Source: an uncultured delta proteobacterium
Lineage (GTDB): Bacteria; Myxococcota_A; Polyangia; Polyangiales; B10-G4
DNA length: 64,000 nt
Reading direction: 5' to 3'
Assembly (NCBI GenBank): GCA_963727445.1
Contig: CAVSGI010000011.1
Location: 110,954-174,953, forward strand
Every line of letters starts with the position of its first letter. The stretch's first letter is position 1. The notes beneath the pieces are model-generated. The model was given only the letters and a program-made list of their open reading frames with translations, searched no databases and was not told where the DNA came from. The translations under genes were made by a program, and so were the position numbers. Positions 54,258 through 63,336 of this stretch are shown here, in pieces.

Positions 54258-55829
54258 TCACCTGCTCTGAGCAGGATCCACCGGCGTCCAGGGAAACGCG
54301 TCGCTCTTTCGCGCGGCGTCTTCGACGGCCTGCATCACCGCGAGCACCACGTCCTCCCGATAGGTGGGCCCGACCACCTGCACTGGCACCGGCAGGCCTT
54401 CGCTCTGTGCCTGGACGGCGGCGGCGCGTTTGTCGATGCGGTCCTTCTGTTCTGGACGCAGGGTCTCGTCGCCGCGGGCACGGGTGACGGGGACCACACC
54501 CGCCGGCAGGTTCAAGAGGTTGTAGCGAGCGGCGTACCCGAACGCGAGGGTGAAGTCCTTGCTCATCCCTTGCGGGATCGCGGGCGTGGGATGGAGCGGG
54601 CAGATCAGCGCGTCGATACCCGCGCGCTTCCAGGCGGCGTGCTCCTCGAGCTGGTAGCGACGCCGCGTGCCGGTGATGGCCCAGAGCTCCGCCACCGACT
54701 TCTCCCCGACCACGTCGAGCATCCTGGCGATGCGCTCCTCGCCGATGAGATGCGCTCCGCGCGCGGCCATGAGGCGCACCCGATGGGGCATCTTCGCGCC
54801 GCCGCGAAGGAGCTTCAGGGGCTCGATGATCTCTTCGCCGTCGAGGGCGGCATCGAGGGTCTTCCCGCCGTCGGCGCTGGCCGCCGCGAAGAAGAGATAG
54901 ATGACCGCTTCCGCGTTGGGCGGCGTGAAGGGCACCAGCTCCGCGCCCGCCGCTTCGAGGTAGCGTCGCGCTTCGTGCACCGCCCGACGCACGGAGGCCG
55001 CCGGCGTGATGAAGCCGTCATCGTCGAAGTAGCCGATGCGCAGACCCGCGACGTCGACGTCCCGCGGGTCGCCGATGGGCAGCGGAGCCACGCCGGGGTC
55101 GTGCTGGGCGTGCTTTTCGCTGCCGAGCGCGCGGAGCAAGAGCGCCACGTCCGCCGCCGTCCGCGCCATCGGCCCGATCTGCGAGCGGATCACTTCCTGG
55201 CCGACGATGGCGGTCCGCGATCCCACGTTCGACCAACGGTCGAGGGTGGGCTTGAGGCCGGCGACGCCGCAGAAGCCGGCGGGGAAGCGGATCGAGCCGC
55301 CGATGTCGGTCCCGATCCCCAGGCACGATTGTCCGCTGGCGATCGCCGCGCCTTCGCCGCCGCTCGAGCCGCCGGGTCCGTGCGTCAGACGCCAGGGGTT
55401 GTTGGTCGTCCCCCAGATGAAGTTCGTCGTCTCCTTCGGTGAGAGCAGCGTCTGAGGCACGTTGGTCTTGCCGATGATGATCGCGCCGGCCTCGCGCGCG
55501 AGGCGCACCGCCACGGCGTCTTCGCTGGCGGCGGTGCCCAAACGGGCGCGCATGCCGAGAGTCGAAGGGACGCCCTTGGTGTCGATGTTCTCCTTCACCG
55601 AGATCGGCAGGCCGTGAAGCGGGCCCAGGCTCTCGCCTCGGCTGCGGGCGTCGTCCGCCTCGCGCGCGCGTGCGCGGGCCTGGTCGTGGAATCGATGGAC
55701 GAAGGCGTTGACCTTCGGATCGACCTCCGCGCTCCGGTCGAAGAGCGCGTCGACGATCTCGAGCGAGCTGAGCTCGCCGCGATCGAGATGGGCCAGGAGC
55801 TCCCTGGCGGTGAGGGTGTAGACGTCCAT
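54258..55829 (-). CDS. Amidase signature family protein (FAAH-like)
   Basis: GLPISVKE, GKTNVPQ, GGSSGGE, GTDIGGSIRFP. Confidence 0.93.
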   Translation of the reverse strand: MDVYTLTARELLAHLDRGELSSLEIVDALFDRSAEVDPKVNAFVHRFHDQARARAREADDARSRGESLGPLHGLPISVKENIDTKGVPSTLGMRARLGTAASEDAVAVRLAREAGAIIIGKTNVPQTLLSPKETTNFIWGTTNNPWRLTHGPGGSSGGEGAAIASGQSCLGIGTDIGGSIRFPAGFCGVAGLKPTLDRWSNVGSRTAIVGQEVIRSQIGPMARTAADVALLLRALGSEKHAQHDPGVAPLPIGDPRDVDVAGLRIGYFDDDGFITPAASVRRAVHEARRYLEAAGAELVPFTPPNAEAVIYLFFAAASADGGKTLDAALDGEEIIEPLKLLRGGAKMPHRVRLMAARGAHLIGEERIARMLDVVGEKSVAELWAITGTRRRYQLEEHAAWKRAGIDALICPLHPTPAIPQGMSKDFTLAFGYAARYNLLNLPAGVVPVTRARGDETLRPEQKDRIDKRAAAVQAQSEGLPVPVQVVGPTYREDVVLAVMQAVEDAARKSDAFPWTPVDPAQSR

Positions 55830-55833
55830 GTTT

Positions 55834-56622
55834 CTATAGGGGCGTGATCGTGTCGCCGACCGAGAGGGTACCTCGGCCGTCGTGGATCAGGTTGGTCCCG
55901 AACCACACCTGCCCATCCCACTTGCGATAGGTGGCCAGGGTCTTCAGGGGTTCCTTGCCGCGCTCGCCCGTCGCCGGATCGACGGTGGTGACGGTGCAGC
56001 GGTCGCAGGGCTTCACGTTCCGAAACGAGACGGCGCCCATCCGGAACGCGCCGAGCGCGTCCTCGGCGTGGGGCTCGCCGCCGGCGACGACCACGTTGGG
56101 TCGGAAGCGCTCCATGGGCAGCGGCACCTCGAGGCGCTCGTTCAAGCCGGCGAGAGACTCCTCGCTGATCATGAGCAGGGGGTAGGCGTCTGCGAAGGAG
56201 ACGAGGTCGCCGGGCCGGCCTCGCTCCGGGTTCACCGGCCTCTGGCTCTCGTCGGGCATGTAGACCAGGCGCACGTCGCGCCCGAGGTGCGCCGAGAAGA
56301 AGGCCGACGCCTCGGGACTCGGATGGATGGCGGCAGCGGTGTTGCGCCAGATCTCGACCTCGAGCGGCTCGCCGCTGGCCGGGGTTCGCGGGACCGTCAC
56401 GCTCGCGTCCCCCGCCGACAGGACCAGCTCCAAGTCGTCGACCCGGCTCTCCACCAGGCAGAGGCGCGGCTCCTCGCGCTGGCTCACGAAACGCCCCGAC
56501 GCGTCGACCACCATGAAGCGGCGGTCGCCCGCGGGCCCGCGATCGTCGAGCGCCATCGAGCGAACCTCGACGGGCCGGCAGGATTTCACCGGGTAGAAGA
56601 GGAGCCGAGTGACACGCAGCAC
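55834..56622 (-). CDS. MOSC domain protein (YcbX-like)
   Basis: YPVKSC, DRRFMVVD, SFADAYP, RFRPNVV, KPCDRC. Confidence 0.92.
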   Translation of the reverse strand: MLRVTRLLFYPVKSCRPVEVRSMALDDRGPAGDRRFMVVDASGRFVSQREEPRLCLVESRVDDLELVLSAGDASVTVPRTPASGEPLEVEIWRNTAAAIHPSPEASAFFSAHLGRDVRLVYMPDESQRPVNPERGRPGDLVSFADAYPLLMISEESLAGLNERLEVPLPMERFRPNVVVAGGEPHAEDALGAFRMGAVSFRNVKPCDRCTVTTVDPATGERGKEPLKTLATYRKWDGQVWFGTNLIHDGRGTLSVGDTITPL

Positions 56623-56644
56623 GGCCCTCGTTATCGTCCGTGCG

Positions 56645-57586
56645 ATGAAGCGGCGCAAGCTCGGGGACACCGAGATCGAGCTCAGCGAGATCAGCCTCGG
56701 CACCTGGGGCCTCGCCTCCGACGCCTACGGCCGGAGCGACCCGAAGCGCTTCCGCGACGTGGTCGACAAGGCCCTCGAGCTCGAGGTGAGCACCATCGAC
56801 CTCGCTCCGCTCTGGGGCGACGGCGCGGCCGAGGAGGTCGTCGGAGAAGCGGTGAAGGAAAAGCGCGACGACGTGCAGCTCGTGACGAGGGCCGGCGCGC
56901 GCTGGAACGGCGCGGCGCTGGACCTCGACACCAGCCCCGAGGCCTTGAAGAAGGACTTCGAGCGCTCGCTGACGCGCCTCGGCACCGAGACCATCGACCT
57001 GTGGCTCCTGCACGAGCCGAAGGACGAGCTGTGGCTGCGCGACGATTGGCGCGAGGTGGTGGAGGCGCTGAAGAAGGAGGGAAAGATCCGTGCGTGGGGG
57101 GCGACCGCGAGCACCGCCGACAGCGCGCGGATGGCGGTGAGCGGTGGCGCCGAAGCGATCTGCCTGACTTACAATCTGATCGCCAGCGATGACCTCCACG
57201 ACCTGTCGGGAGAGATCGCCAAAGCGAGGTGCGGCGTCCTCGCGCGCTCACCGTTGATGCACGGCCTTCTGGCCGGTCGCTGGGCCGAGTACCGGAGCTT
57301 CCCGCGCACGGATCATCGCCGCGATCGCTGGAGCTCCCAGGCGCTGCGCGCCCGCATCCGCCAGGTCGACAAGCTGCGCTTCCTCGTCCACGGCGACATC
57401 GCCTCCCTCGCCGAAGCCGCCCTCCGCTTCGTCCTGTCCAACAAGCTGATCACCACCGCCATCATCGGCGCCCGCACCCAGGCCCAGATCGAATCGGCGG
57501 TCGCCGCCAGCGTCGACGAGCCCCCGTACCTTCCGGACGAGGACCTCGCGAAAGTCGCCCAGGTCCTCGCCGCGGCGAAGGTCTGA
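56645..57586 (+). CDS. Aldo/keto reductase
   Basis: ISLGTWG, SLTRLGTETIDLWLLH, EGKIRAWG, RSPL..GLL, AALRFVL. Confidence 0.9.
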   Translation: MKRRKLGDTEIELSEISLGTWGLASDAYGRSDPKRFRDVVDKALELEVSTIDLAPLWGDGAAEEVVGEAVKEKRDDVQLVTRAGARWNGAALDLDTSPEALKKDFERSLTRLGTETIDLWLLHEPKDELWLRDDWREVVEALKKEGKIRAWGATASTADSARMAVSGGAEAICLTYNLIASDDLHDLSGEIAKARCGVLARSPLMHGLLAGRWAEYRSFPRTDHRRDRWSSQALRARIRQVDKLRFLVHGDIASLAEAALRFVLSNKLITTAIIGARTQAQIESAVAASVDEPPYLPDEDLAKVAQVLAAAKV

Positions 57587-57632
57587 GCACGAAGAGAGAC
57601 CGCTCGATGGCGAGCGCGCGCGCGTTGCGGTT

Positions 57633-57890
57633 CTAACCGACCTTCTTCTCGAGCCGTGCGAGCCGCGACTCGTGGTCGTCGAGACGCGCCCGGTCATCGA
57701 GACGGCTGGCCAGCAGGTCGCGTACCTCTCGAACGACATCGGCAACCGCAATGACCTCTGTCGCGAGACGAACATGCCCATCCCGCATGTCTTCCCGAAG
57801 GCCCTCGACCTGATGTTCGAGGTGCTCGACTCGGCTGTCGAGCTGCCGGACATGGAGCAGGAGGCGGCTGGGCTTCTTCGTCGACGCCAT
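57633..57890 (-). CDS. Small coiled-coil hypothetical protein
   Basis: MASTKK...RLATEVIAV...DHESRLARLEKKVG with heptad pattern; GAGG SD. Confidence 0.6.
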   Translation of the reverse strand: MASTKKPSRLLLHVRQLDSRVEHLEHQVEGLREDMRDGHVRLATEVIAVADVVREVRDLLASRLDDRARLDDHESRLARLEKKVG

Positions 57891-58089
57891 CGGTGACCTC
57901 TCGAGTATGACAGGGGGCCTTCTTATCGGCCAGCCAGGCGGCGAGTTGCGCGCGGAACAAGTGTCGTGATGCCTGGTATCTGTAGCCTGTGCTCCGTCAT
58001 CAATTGCTTGGAGGATGTTCCGGGACTCCATCTTCTAATGCGGTTCATCCAGACCTATCGAATGGATGGCGCGAGCTACACGAGGGCAG

Positions 58090-58152
58090 AGCGTCTCGCG
58101 GCGCCAAGCCCGCGTACTCGCTTCGCCAGCGGTAGAACGTGCCCTCGCTGCT
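58090..58152 (-). pseudogene. Short remnant resembling an IS3-family OrfA HTH
   Basis: SEGTFYRWRSEYAGLAPRDA resembles the IS3 OrfA motif TFYRWxxxYGG; no start and no OrfB. Confidence 0.45.
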
Positions 58153-58218
58153 CGTCGACGCAGAGCTCGCCGCGCGGCGCGGCGATGGCGACCCCGTGGG
58201 CGCTGACGCGCACGACGT

Positions 58219-58264
58219 CGTCGACGCCGCCCGCGCGGCCTTTGACGACGAAGCCGCCCACATC
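58219..58264 (+). repeat. 46-bp inverted repeat, copy A (partner at 63291-63336)
   Basis: 45/46 identity to the reverse complement of 63291-63336. Confidence 0.9.
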
Positions 58265-58362
58265 CTAAAGCGCGCCGCGCGAGGGCGCTCGTCGTTCGGA
58301 AAACACGCCGGGCGGCGCATTCGTGCGTTCCCCTGATTCGTGCGTTCGGGGGCGAAGGCCGA

Positions 58363-58430
58363 CCCCCCTACCTCCCGGATGAAGACCTGACCAAGATCGC
58401 CCAGGTCCTCGCGGCCGCGAAGGTCTGAGC
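58363..58430 (+). repeat. Diverged direct duplicate of the aldo/keto reductase 3' end (57521-57588)
   Basis: 57/68 nt identical; PPYLPDEDLTKIAQVLAAAKV* versus PPYLPDEDLAKVAQVLAAAKV*. Confidence 0.92.
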
Positions 58431-58468
58431 TTTCTCGAAGCGCGACGCCTGGCGAGCTGGGAGAACCG

Positions 58469-58696
58469 TCAGTCCACCGCCGCCACTCTCGCTGCCCGCG
58501 TCCACTCTCGGTACTTGCGCCGCACGTAACGGAGCCGCGCACGCGGCGTCGGGTAACGGCGCGTGAACCAGGCGACGAGCGCGGCTGTCTCGTCGATCTC
58601 CTCCGAAGTCAAAGGCGCGTCCGTCCTGCGCCGAAACTCCTCCTCGGAGATGTCGTCGAGGTGCCGCAGGGACAGAGGCTCGCCGTCGGTGGTCAT
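58469..58696 (-). CDS. Small hypothetical protein, partner of the upstream nucleotidyltransferase
   Basis: 75 aa; ATGA overlap with 58693-59160; WFTRRYPTPRARLRY. Confidence 0.7.
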   Translation of the reverse strand: MTTDGEPLSLRHLDDISEEEFRRRTDAPLTSEEIDETAALVAWFTRRYPTPRARLRYVRRKYREWTRAARVAAVD

Positions 58697-59160
58697 GACT
58701 CAGCTTTCTTCGCCATGAGGAGCCTGAGGTCTGCGACGTCCTTGTCGCGAGCCGAGAAACGCTTGGTTCGGATGAGATCGTCGAGGTGCGGCATGTGGAC
58801 GGTCACATCGCCGAAAGCGAGCTCTTGGCGATGGGCCCAGAGCTCGTCGAACTTAACCACGTCTCCGTCGACCGCGGTGACGGATCGGGCGACCAGCACA
58901 TCGATGTGCTCGCCGTTTTCGATGACGTAGCGGCCGCGATTCCGCGCCTCCTCTGGTGCGCAGGACGGGAGCATTTCGAGATCTTCGAGCGCCGTGTTGA
59001 AGATCTCGGCGTCATCGATGTGTATCCAGAAGTCGTAGTCGGCGGTGAGAACGGGGAGTCCGATGGCGACCATCGCCCGCCGGTCGATGAGAAGCGCGCG
59101 GGCTCCCGACTTCGCGATCGCCGCGAAGAGCTCGTCCTCCGTGACCTCGTGGGCGTGCAC
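58693..59160 (-). CDS. Minimal nucleotidyltransferase-fold protein
   Basis: LLIDRRAM..G.PVLTADYDFW (DxD), IDVL, LIRTK..R.KDVAD; TAGACT-N6-GTG start. Confidence 0.75.
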   Translation of the reverse strand: MHAHEVTEDELFAAIAKSGARALLIDRRAMVAIGLPVLTADYDFWIHIDDAEIFNTALEDLEMLPSCAPEEARNRGRYVIENGEHIDVLVARSVTAVDGDVVKFDELWAHRQELAFGDVTVHMPHLDDLIRTKRFSARDKDVADLRLLMAKKAES

Positions 59161-59291
59161 GGTGAAAGTCTATCGTCCTACCCGGGAGATCAGCTAGCGG
59201 GTATCGATGAGCTCGGCGCCCGCATGGATGATCCTCGGCATCAAGGATGCCGAGGCTCGACGAGGACGCTGAGCGTCACTAGACTTGAACC

Positions 59292-59549
59292 GTGTTGAAA
59301 AGGCTCCCGGGTTGGGTGGTCGACGACGTCACCTCCGTGAGGCGCGAGGTGGCCCCGTGGGCCGAGATGACCGAAGTCGAGCGGTGGCGACTGGCGCGAC
59401 TCTGCTCGCGGGATGCCATCTGGGCCGCGAAGGCGAGCGGCAATCCGGAGCGGGTTCTTGGCTACGTCGATCCCCTGCCCGAGAGCTCCATTCGAGCCCT
59501 CGCCAGGCTGCGCGCCGAGGCCGGCTGGGGAGATGACGACGCCGCGTGA
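59292..59549 (+). CDS. Small hypothetical protein, partner of the downstream nucleotidyltransferase
   Basis: 85 aa; TAGACT-N6-GTG start; overlaps the next gene. Confidence 0.7.
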   Translation: MLKRLPGWVVDDVTSVRREVAPWAEMTEVERWRLARLCSRDAIWAAKASGNPERVLGYVDPLPESSIRALARLRAEAGWGDDDAA

Positions 59550-60007
59550 ACAGGGCGCTGCGGAAGCGGCGCGCGGCATTGCGAACGTCCTCGCGGAGGC
59601 GAAGCTGCCTTACGCCATTGGTGGGGCGCTGGCGCTCGCAATCGCTGGGGTTCCCCGAGGTACGGCCGACGTCGACGTGAACGTGTTCGTTTCAATGGAG
59701 CACCTGCCATCCGTCATCGCCGCGCTCCGCTCGCTCGGCATCGAGATCGATGACGCGTCCGCGACGGCGCGTGCGAAACGAGACGGGATGTTCGTGGGGG
59801 ATTGGGACGGGATGCGAATCGACGTCTTCCTGCCGAGCATTCCGTTCTCCCGCGAGGCGGAGCGCACACGAATCTCGATCACCGACGAATCCGGGTGGAC
59901 CGGTTGGTTCCTCTCCGCGGAGGCCCTCACTGTCTTCAAGCTTCTCTTCTTCCGCAGCAAGGATCTCGCCGACCTCGAGCGCCTCGTCGCCGTTCGTCCC
60001 GAGCTCT
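59533..60007 (+). pseudogene. Nucleotidyltransferase-fold protein, apparently 3'-truncated and fused to unrelated sequence
   Basis: YAIGGALAL..G.PRGTADVD, RIDVF, FKLLFFRSKDLADL; composition changes abruptly after VRPEL while the frame stays open to 60732. Confidence 0.65.
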
Positions 60008-60907
60008 GCCATGGAGATGAAGAACTATCCAATCGTTCGGCCCCCGGCGGCCCCTCTCGCCACGAAGCGGGTGGCGGCGCGGCCGTCCGCCGCCACTGTG
60101 AAGCGCCGAGTCCGGATTCCTGTGCCGTCGAAGTCGTATCCAGTCGTTCGAGGCAAGGGGGCCTCGTCACGCTGCGGTTGCCGCTCGGGTCCCAGCGCAC
60201 GCAGTGGCGGTGCTGGCGACATTCGGATGGTCCCGGCGGATGGGCGGCACTTCATCACCGCCGAAGCAGCTCAGATTCCGAGGCAGAGTATTCGACTTCC
60301 TCCGAAGAGACCCAGCGCCATTGTTCCGGTCACGATCGAGTGCAACTGGCACCGCGAATGTCTGGACATGTTCGGGCCAACGGATCCCGAAACGTTGCTG
60401 GTCTCTTGGGTCGCGGCCGAGACTACACGGCGTCTCGAAGGGAGGATGTTGCCCGCTCCCCCCATCCTAGAGGATGGATTCACGATCCCCTTCCTAGGGC
60501 CCCCGGGGGCACGGACACGAACAGCCAAGAGTACCGTCTGCGCTATTTTACCGAATACAACAACACCTTTGGCCGGTTCTGGTTGGACGCTACGGACCCA
60601 ATGTCGCTGGCGGGAGACCTTCCGGCCAGTCTTCCGGGGCCCCCTGCACTGGATGCGCGCGCTATCGCCAATGCATGTGTTAACGAGCGACGTACTGAGG
60701 TCGCTGCCCTCGATTTCGCGCACGAAGCGTGAGGGGAACGGGTTCGGCGAGGGGCCGATGGTCATCGCCGATTTCTTCGGTCGGCGGGGTCGTCCGGGCT
60801 CTGATGCGCGCCGGAGGCGGAGCATCGGTGCGGAGCCGGTCGCGTTAAATCGATGACGGGGGTGGGTTTGGCCGCCACTCCCCCGTCGTGCTCCGACGCA
60901 GCTGAAT

Positions 60908-61046
60908 ACGAAGCGGAGCACTACACGAGTCGTCTACTTCGACGTCGACGTCAAGTCTTGGATGAGCGCGCCGCCGTCGGTGTCGGCGGTCCGGCCGGCG
61001 CGGTGTGTGTGCTGCGGTGCGCCCGGCGCGGCGGCGGGCCGGCCGA
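60908..61046 (+). pseudogene. N-terminal fragment of the element's Cys-containing first ORF
   Basis: (ACG)KRSTTRVVYFDVDVKSWMSAPPSVSAVRPARCVCCGAPG, then an abrupt switch into integrase sequence in another frame. Confidence 0.5.
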
Positions 61047-62285
61047 AAGACGCACGGCGAGCTCGCCGAGGCGCTGCGCGAGCTCAGCGCGCAGCCCTTC
61101 CGTCCGCCCGGCGCCGACGTGAGCCGCACGTACGCCATCTCCACGCTCGAGCGCTGGCTCTACCGCTACCGAAAAGGGGGCCTCGGTGCGCTCGTCCCTC
61201 GGCGCCGCAGCGACCGCGGTCACGCCCAGGTCCTCGACGACGCGCAGAAGGAGCTCCTCGTCGCTATCCGCAAGGCGCACCCGCGCGTGAGCGCCGCGCT
61301 GATCTTGAGGACGCTCGTCTCGGACGGCCGTCTCGAGGCGGGCACGCTCACCGAATCGACGCTCCGGCGTTTCTACGCCGAGCGCGGCCTCGACCGCCAG
61401 ACGCTGAAGCACGCGGAGCACGGGCCGCGCCGCCGCTGGCAGTCGCCCCGGCCGAACGCGGTCTGGCACGCCGATGTCGTGCACGGCCCCGCGCTGCGCA
61501 TCGCGGGCAAGAGCGTGCCGCTGCGCATCCACGGCATCCTCGACGACCACAGCCGCTACGTCGTGGCGATCGAGGCGTGCGCAACGGAGCGCGAGAGCGA
61601 GATGCTGCGGCTGATCGTCAAGGCGATGCGGCTTCATGGAGCGCCCGACGTGCTCTACCTCGACAACGGCGCGACGTACGTCGGCGACACGCTCAAGACG
61701 GCCTGCTTTCGCCTCGGGGTCGCGCTCGTGCACGCCAAACCCTACGACCCCGAAGCGCGGGGCAAGATGGAGCGCCTGTGGCGGACGCTTCGCGAGCAGT
61801 GCCTGTCGCACCTGCACGCGCCCGCGTCACTGCACGATGTGCAGCTGCGCCTGCTCGCCTGGCGCGACAAGCACTACCTCGTCACGCCGCACGGCTCGCT
61901 GATGGGCAAGACGCCCGCCGAGGTCTACGAGGCGTACGAGGCCGAGCACGTGACCGAGGCGATGCTGCGCGAGGCGCTCATCGTCCGCGGACGTCGCCGC
62001 GTGCGGCGCGACTGCACCGTGTCGGTCGCCGGTCGCGACTTCGAGGTCGCCCAGGGCTACCTCGCGGGGCGCCTCGTCACGATCGGTCGGTGCCTGCTCG
62101 ACCCGACCGAGGCGCCGTGGGTCGAGCACGAGGAGCAGCGCCTCGTGCTCAGCCCCGTCGACCCGACGAGCAACGCCCGACGTCGACGGACGGCCGAGCG
62201 ACGACGCCGCGGCCTCGACGCCGTCGACTTCGACCCGCCGGGCGCGCTCCTCGCCGAGCTCACGAAGAAGGGAGGCCGCTCGTGA
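61047..62285 (+). CDS. DDE-type integrase/transposase with HTH and Mu-like C-terminus, probably 5'-truncated
   Basis: STLERWLYRYR HTH; WHAD, ILDDHSR, YLDNG, GKMER (D-D-E); RRVRRDCTVSV. ORF track start is 61005. Confidence 0.88.
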   Translation, partial: KTHGELAEALRELSAQPFRPPGADVSRTYAISTLERWLYRYRKGGLGALVPRRRSDRGHAQVLDDAQKELLVAIRKAHPRVSAALILRTLVSDGRLEAGTLTESTLRRFYAERGLDRQTLKHAEHGPRRRWQSPRPNAVWHADVVHGPALRIAGKSVPLRIHGILDDHSRYVVAIEACATERESEMLRLIVKAMRLHGAPDVLYLDNGATYVGDTLKTACFRLGVALVHAKPYDPEARGKMERLWRTLREQCLSHLHAPASLHDVQLRLLAWRDKHYLVTPHGSLMGKTPAEVYEAYEAEHVTEAMLREALIVRGRRRVRRDCTVSVAGRDFEVAQGYLAGRLVTIGRCLLDPTEAPWVEHEEQRLVLSPVDPTSNARRRRTAERRRRGLDAVDFDPPGALLAELTKKGGRS

Positions 62286-63097
62286 GCGCCCCGCGATGGC
62301 TCGGCGCCTTCGGTCTTTCGCGTGCGCCCTTCAGCAAGGAGCTCGGTGACGCCGAGCTGTGGGTCCCCGCCTCGCGCAAGCGCATCGTCGACCGCGTCGT
62401 CGAGGCATGCCACGAGCGCGGACACGTCCTGCTCACCGGCGAGCCCGGCGTCGGCAAGACCTGCGTCCTACGCGCCGTGCGCCGCCGCCTCCCCAGCGAC
62501 GGCTTTCGCCTCACCTACTGTCACAACGCCACCCTCGGTCGCCGCGATTTCTACCGTCAGCTCTGCCTCGCGCTCGGCCTGAGCCCGAGCGCCACCGCCG
62601 CCGCCGTCTTCTACGCGATCAACACCCACGTCACCGAGCTCGGCACCGAGCGCATCCACCCCGTCTTCCTCCTCGACGAGGCGCACCTGCTTCACCAGGA
62701 CGTCCTCGACCACCTCCACATCCTCACCAACTACGAGTGGGACTCCGCCGCGCTCCTCTCCCTCGTCCTCGTGGGCCTGCCGGACCTCGACGACCGCCTC
62801 GCCCTGCGCAAGAATCGCTCGCTGCAGAGCCGCGTCCACACGCGCCTCCACCTCGGCGAAGCACTCCCCGACGACACCGCCGAGTACGTCGGCCACCGCA
62901 TGAAGCTCGCCGGCTGCTCTCGCGACGTCTTCACCACCGACGCCGTCGCGCTGCTCCACGAGGTCTGCGCCGGGCGCCTGCGCGACATCGACCGCCTTGC
63001 GACCGACGCCCTCAAGCGCGCCGCCCGCCGCAAGGCCCGCAAGGTCGACCACCAGATCGTCGAGCTCGTCTTCAAGGGCGACGACATCGACGACTGA
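62282..63097 (+). CDS. ExeA-like AAA ATPase (transposition helper)
   Basis: FGLSRAPFSK, GEPGVGKT, LLDEAH, LVLVG; GTG at 62282 overlaps the integrase stop. Confidence 0.9.
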   Translation: MSAPRWLGAFGLSRAPFSKELGDAELWVPASRKRIVDRVVEACHERGHVLLTGEPGVGKTCVLRAVRRRLPSDGFRLTYCHNATLGRRDFYRQLCLALGLSPSATAAAVFYAINTHVTELGTERIHPVFLLDEAHLLHQDVLDHLHILTNYEWDSAALLSLVLVGLPDLDDRLALRKNRSLQSRVHTRLHLGEALPDDTAEYVGHRMKLAGCSRDVFTTDAVALLHEVCAGRLRDIDRLATDALKRAARRKARKVDHQIVELVFKGDDIDD

Positions 63098-63290
63098 CAG
63101 CGCCGCGCCATGCACCGCGATGGTCATCGCGTCTCGGCAGCGCATCGCCGGACGCGAGGACCATCGCGTGCGTCAGGTGCTCGTCACGCGGGCGACGGGC
63201 ATCACGCAGCCTGCGTGGAAATCCCTCGGATAGCGTGCGCGGCAACACCACCGGGACGCGGGCGACGATGTCGAGCTCGGCATCGGCGGC

Positions 63291-63336
63291 GATGTGGGCG
63301 GCTTCGTCGTCGAAGGCCGCGCGGGCGGCGTCGACG
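63291..63336 (-). repeat. 46-bp inverted repeat, copy B (partner at 58219-58264)
   Basis: Its reverse complement matches copy A with one mismatch. Confidence 0.9.

Larger units (their letters stand above)
60855..63336 (+). mobile_element. Decayed DDE-integrase + ExeA-like AAA ATPase element (Mu/IS21-like two-gene architecture)
   Basis: Leader hairpin at 60855-60887, truncated Cys-containing first ORF, integrase and ATPase with GTGA overlap; ends uncertain. Confidence 0.75.

Noticed and set aside
57521..58430. AKR tail duplicate as a DGR template/variable repeat
   Set aside because: Mismatches are at synonymous positions and involve all bases, not adenines specifically.
60962..63097. 711-aa fusion ORF ending in the ATPase
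   Set aside because: The middle part is an alternative frame of the integrase; the ATPase has its own GTG at 62282.
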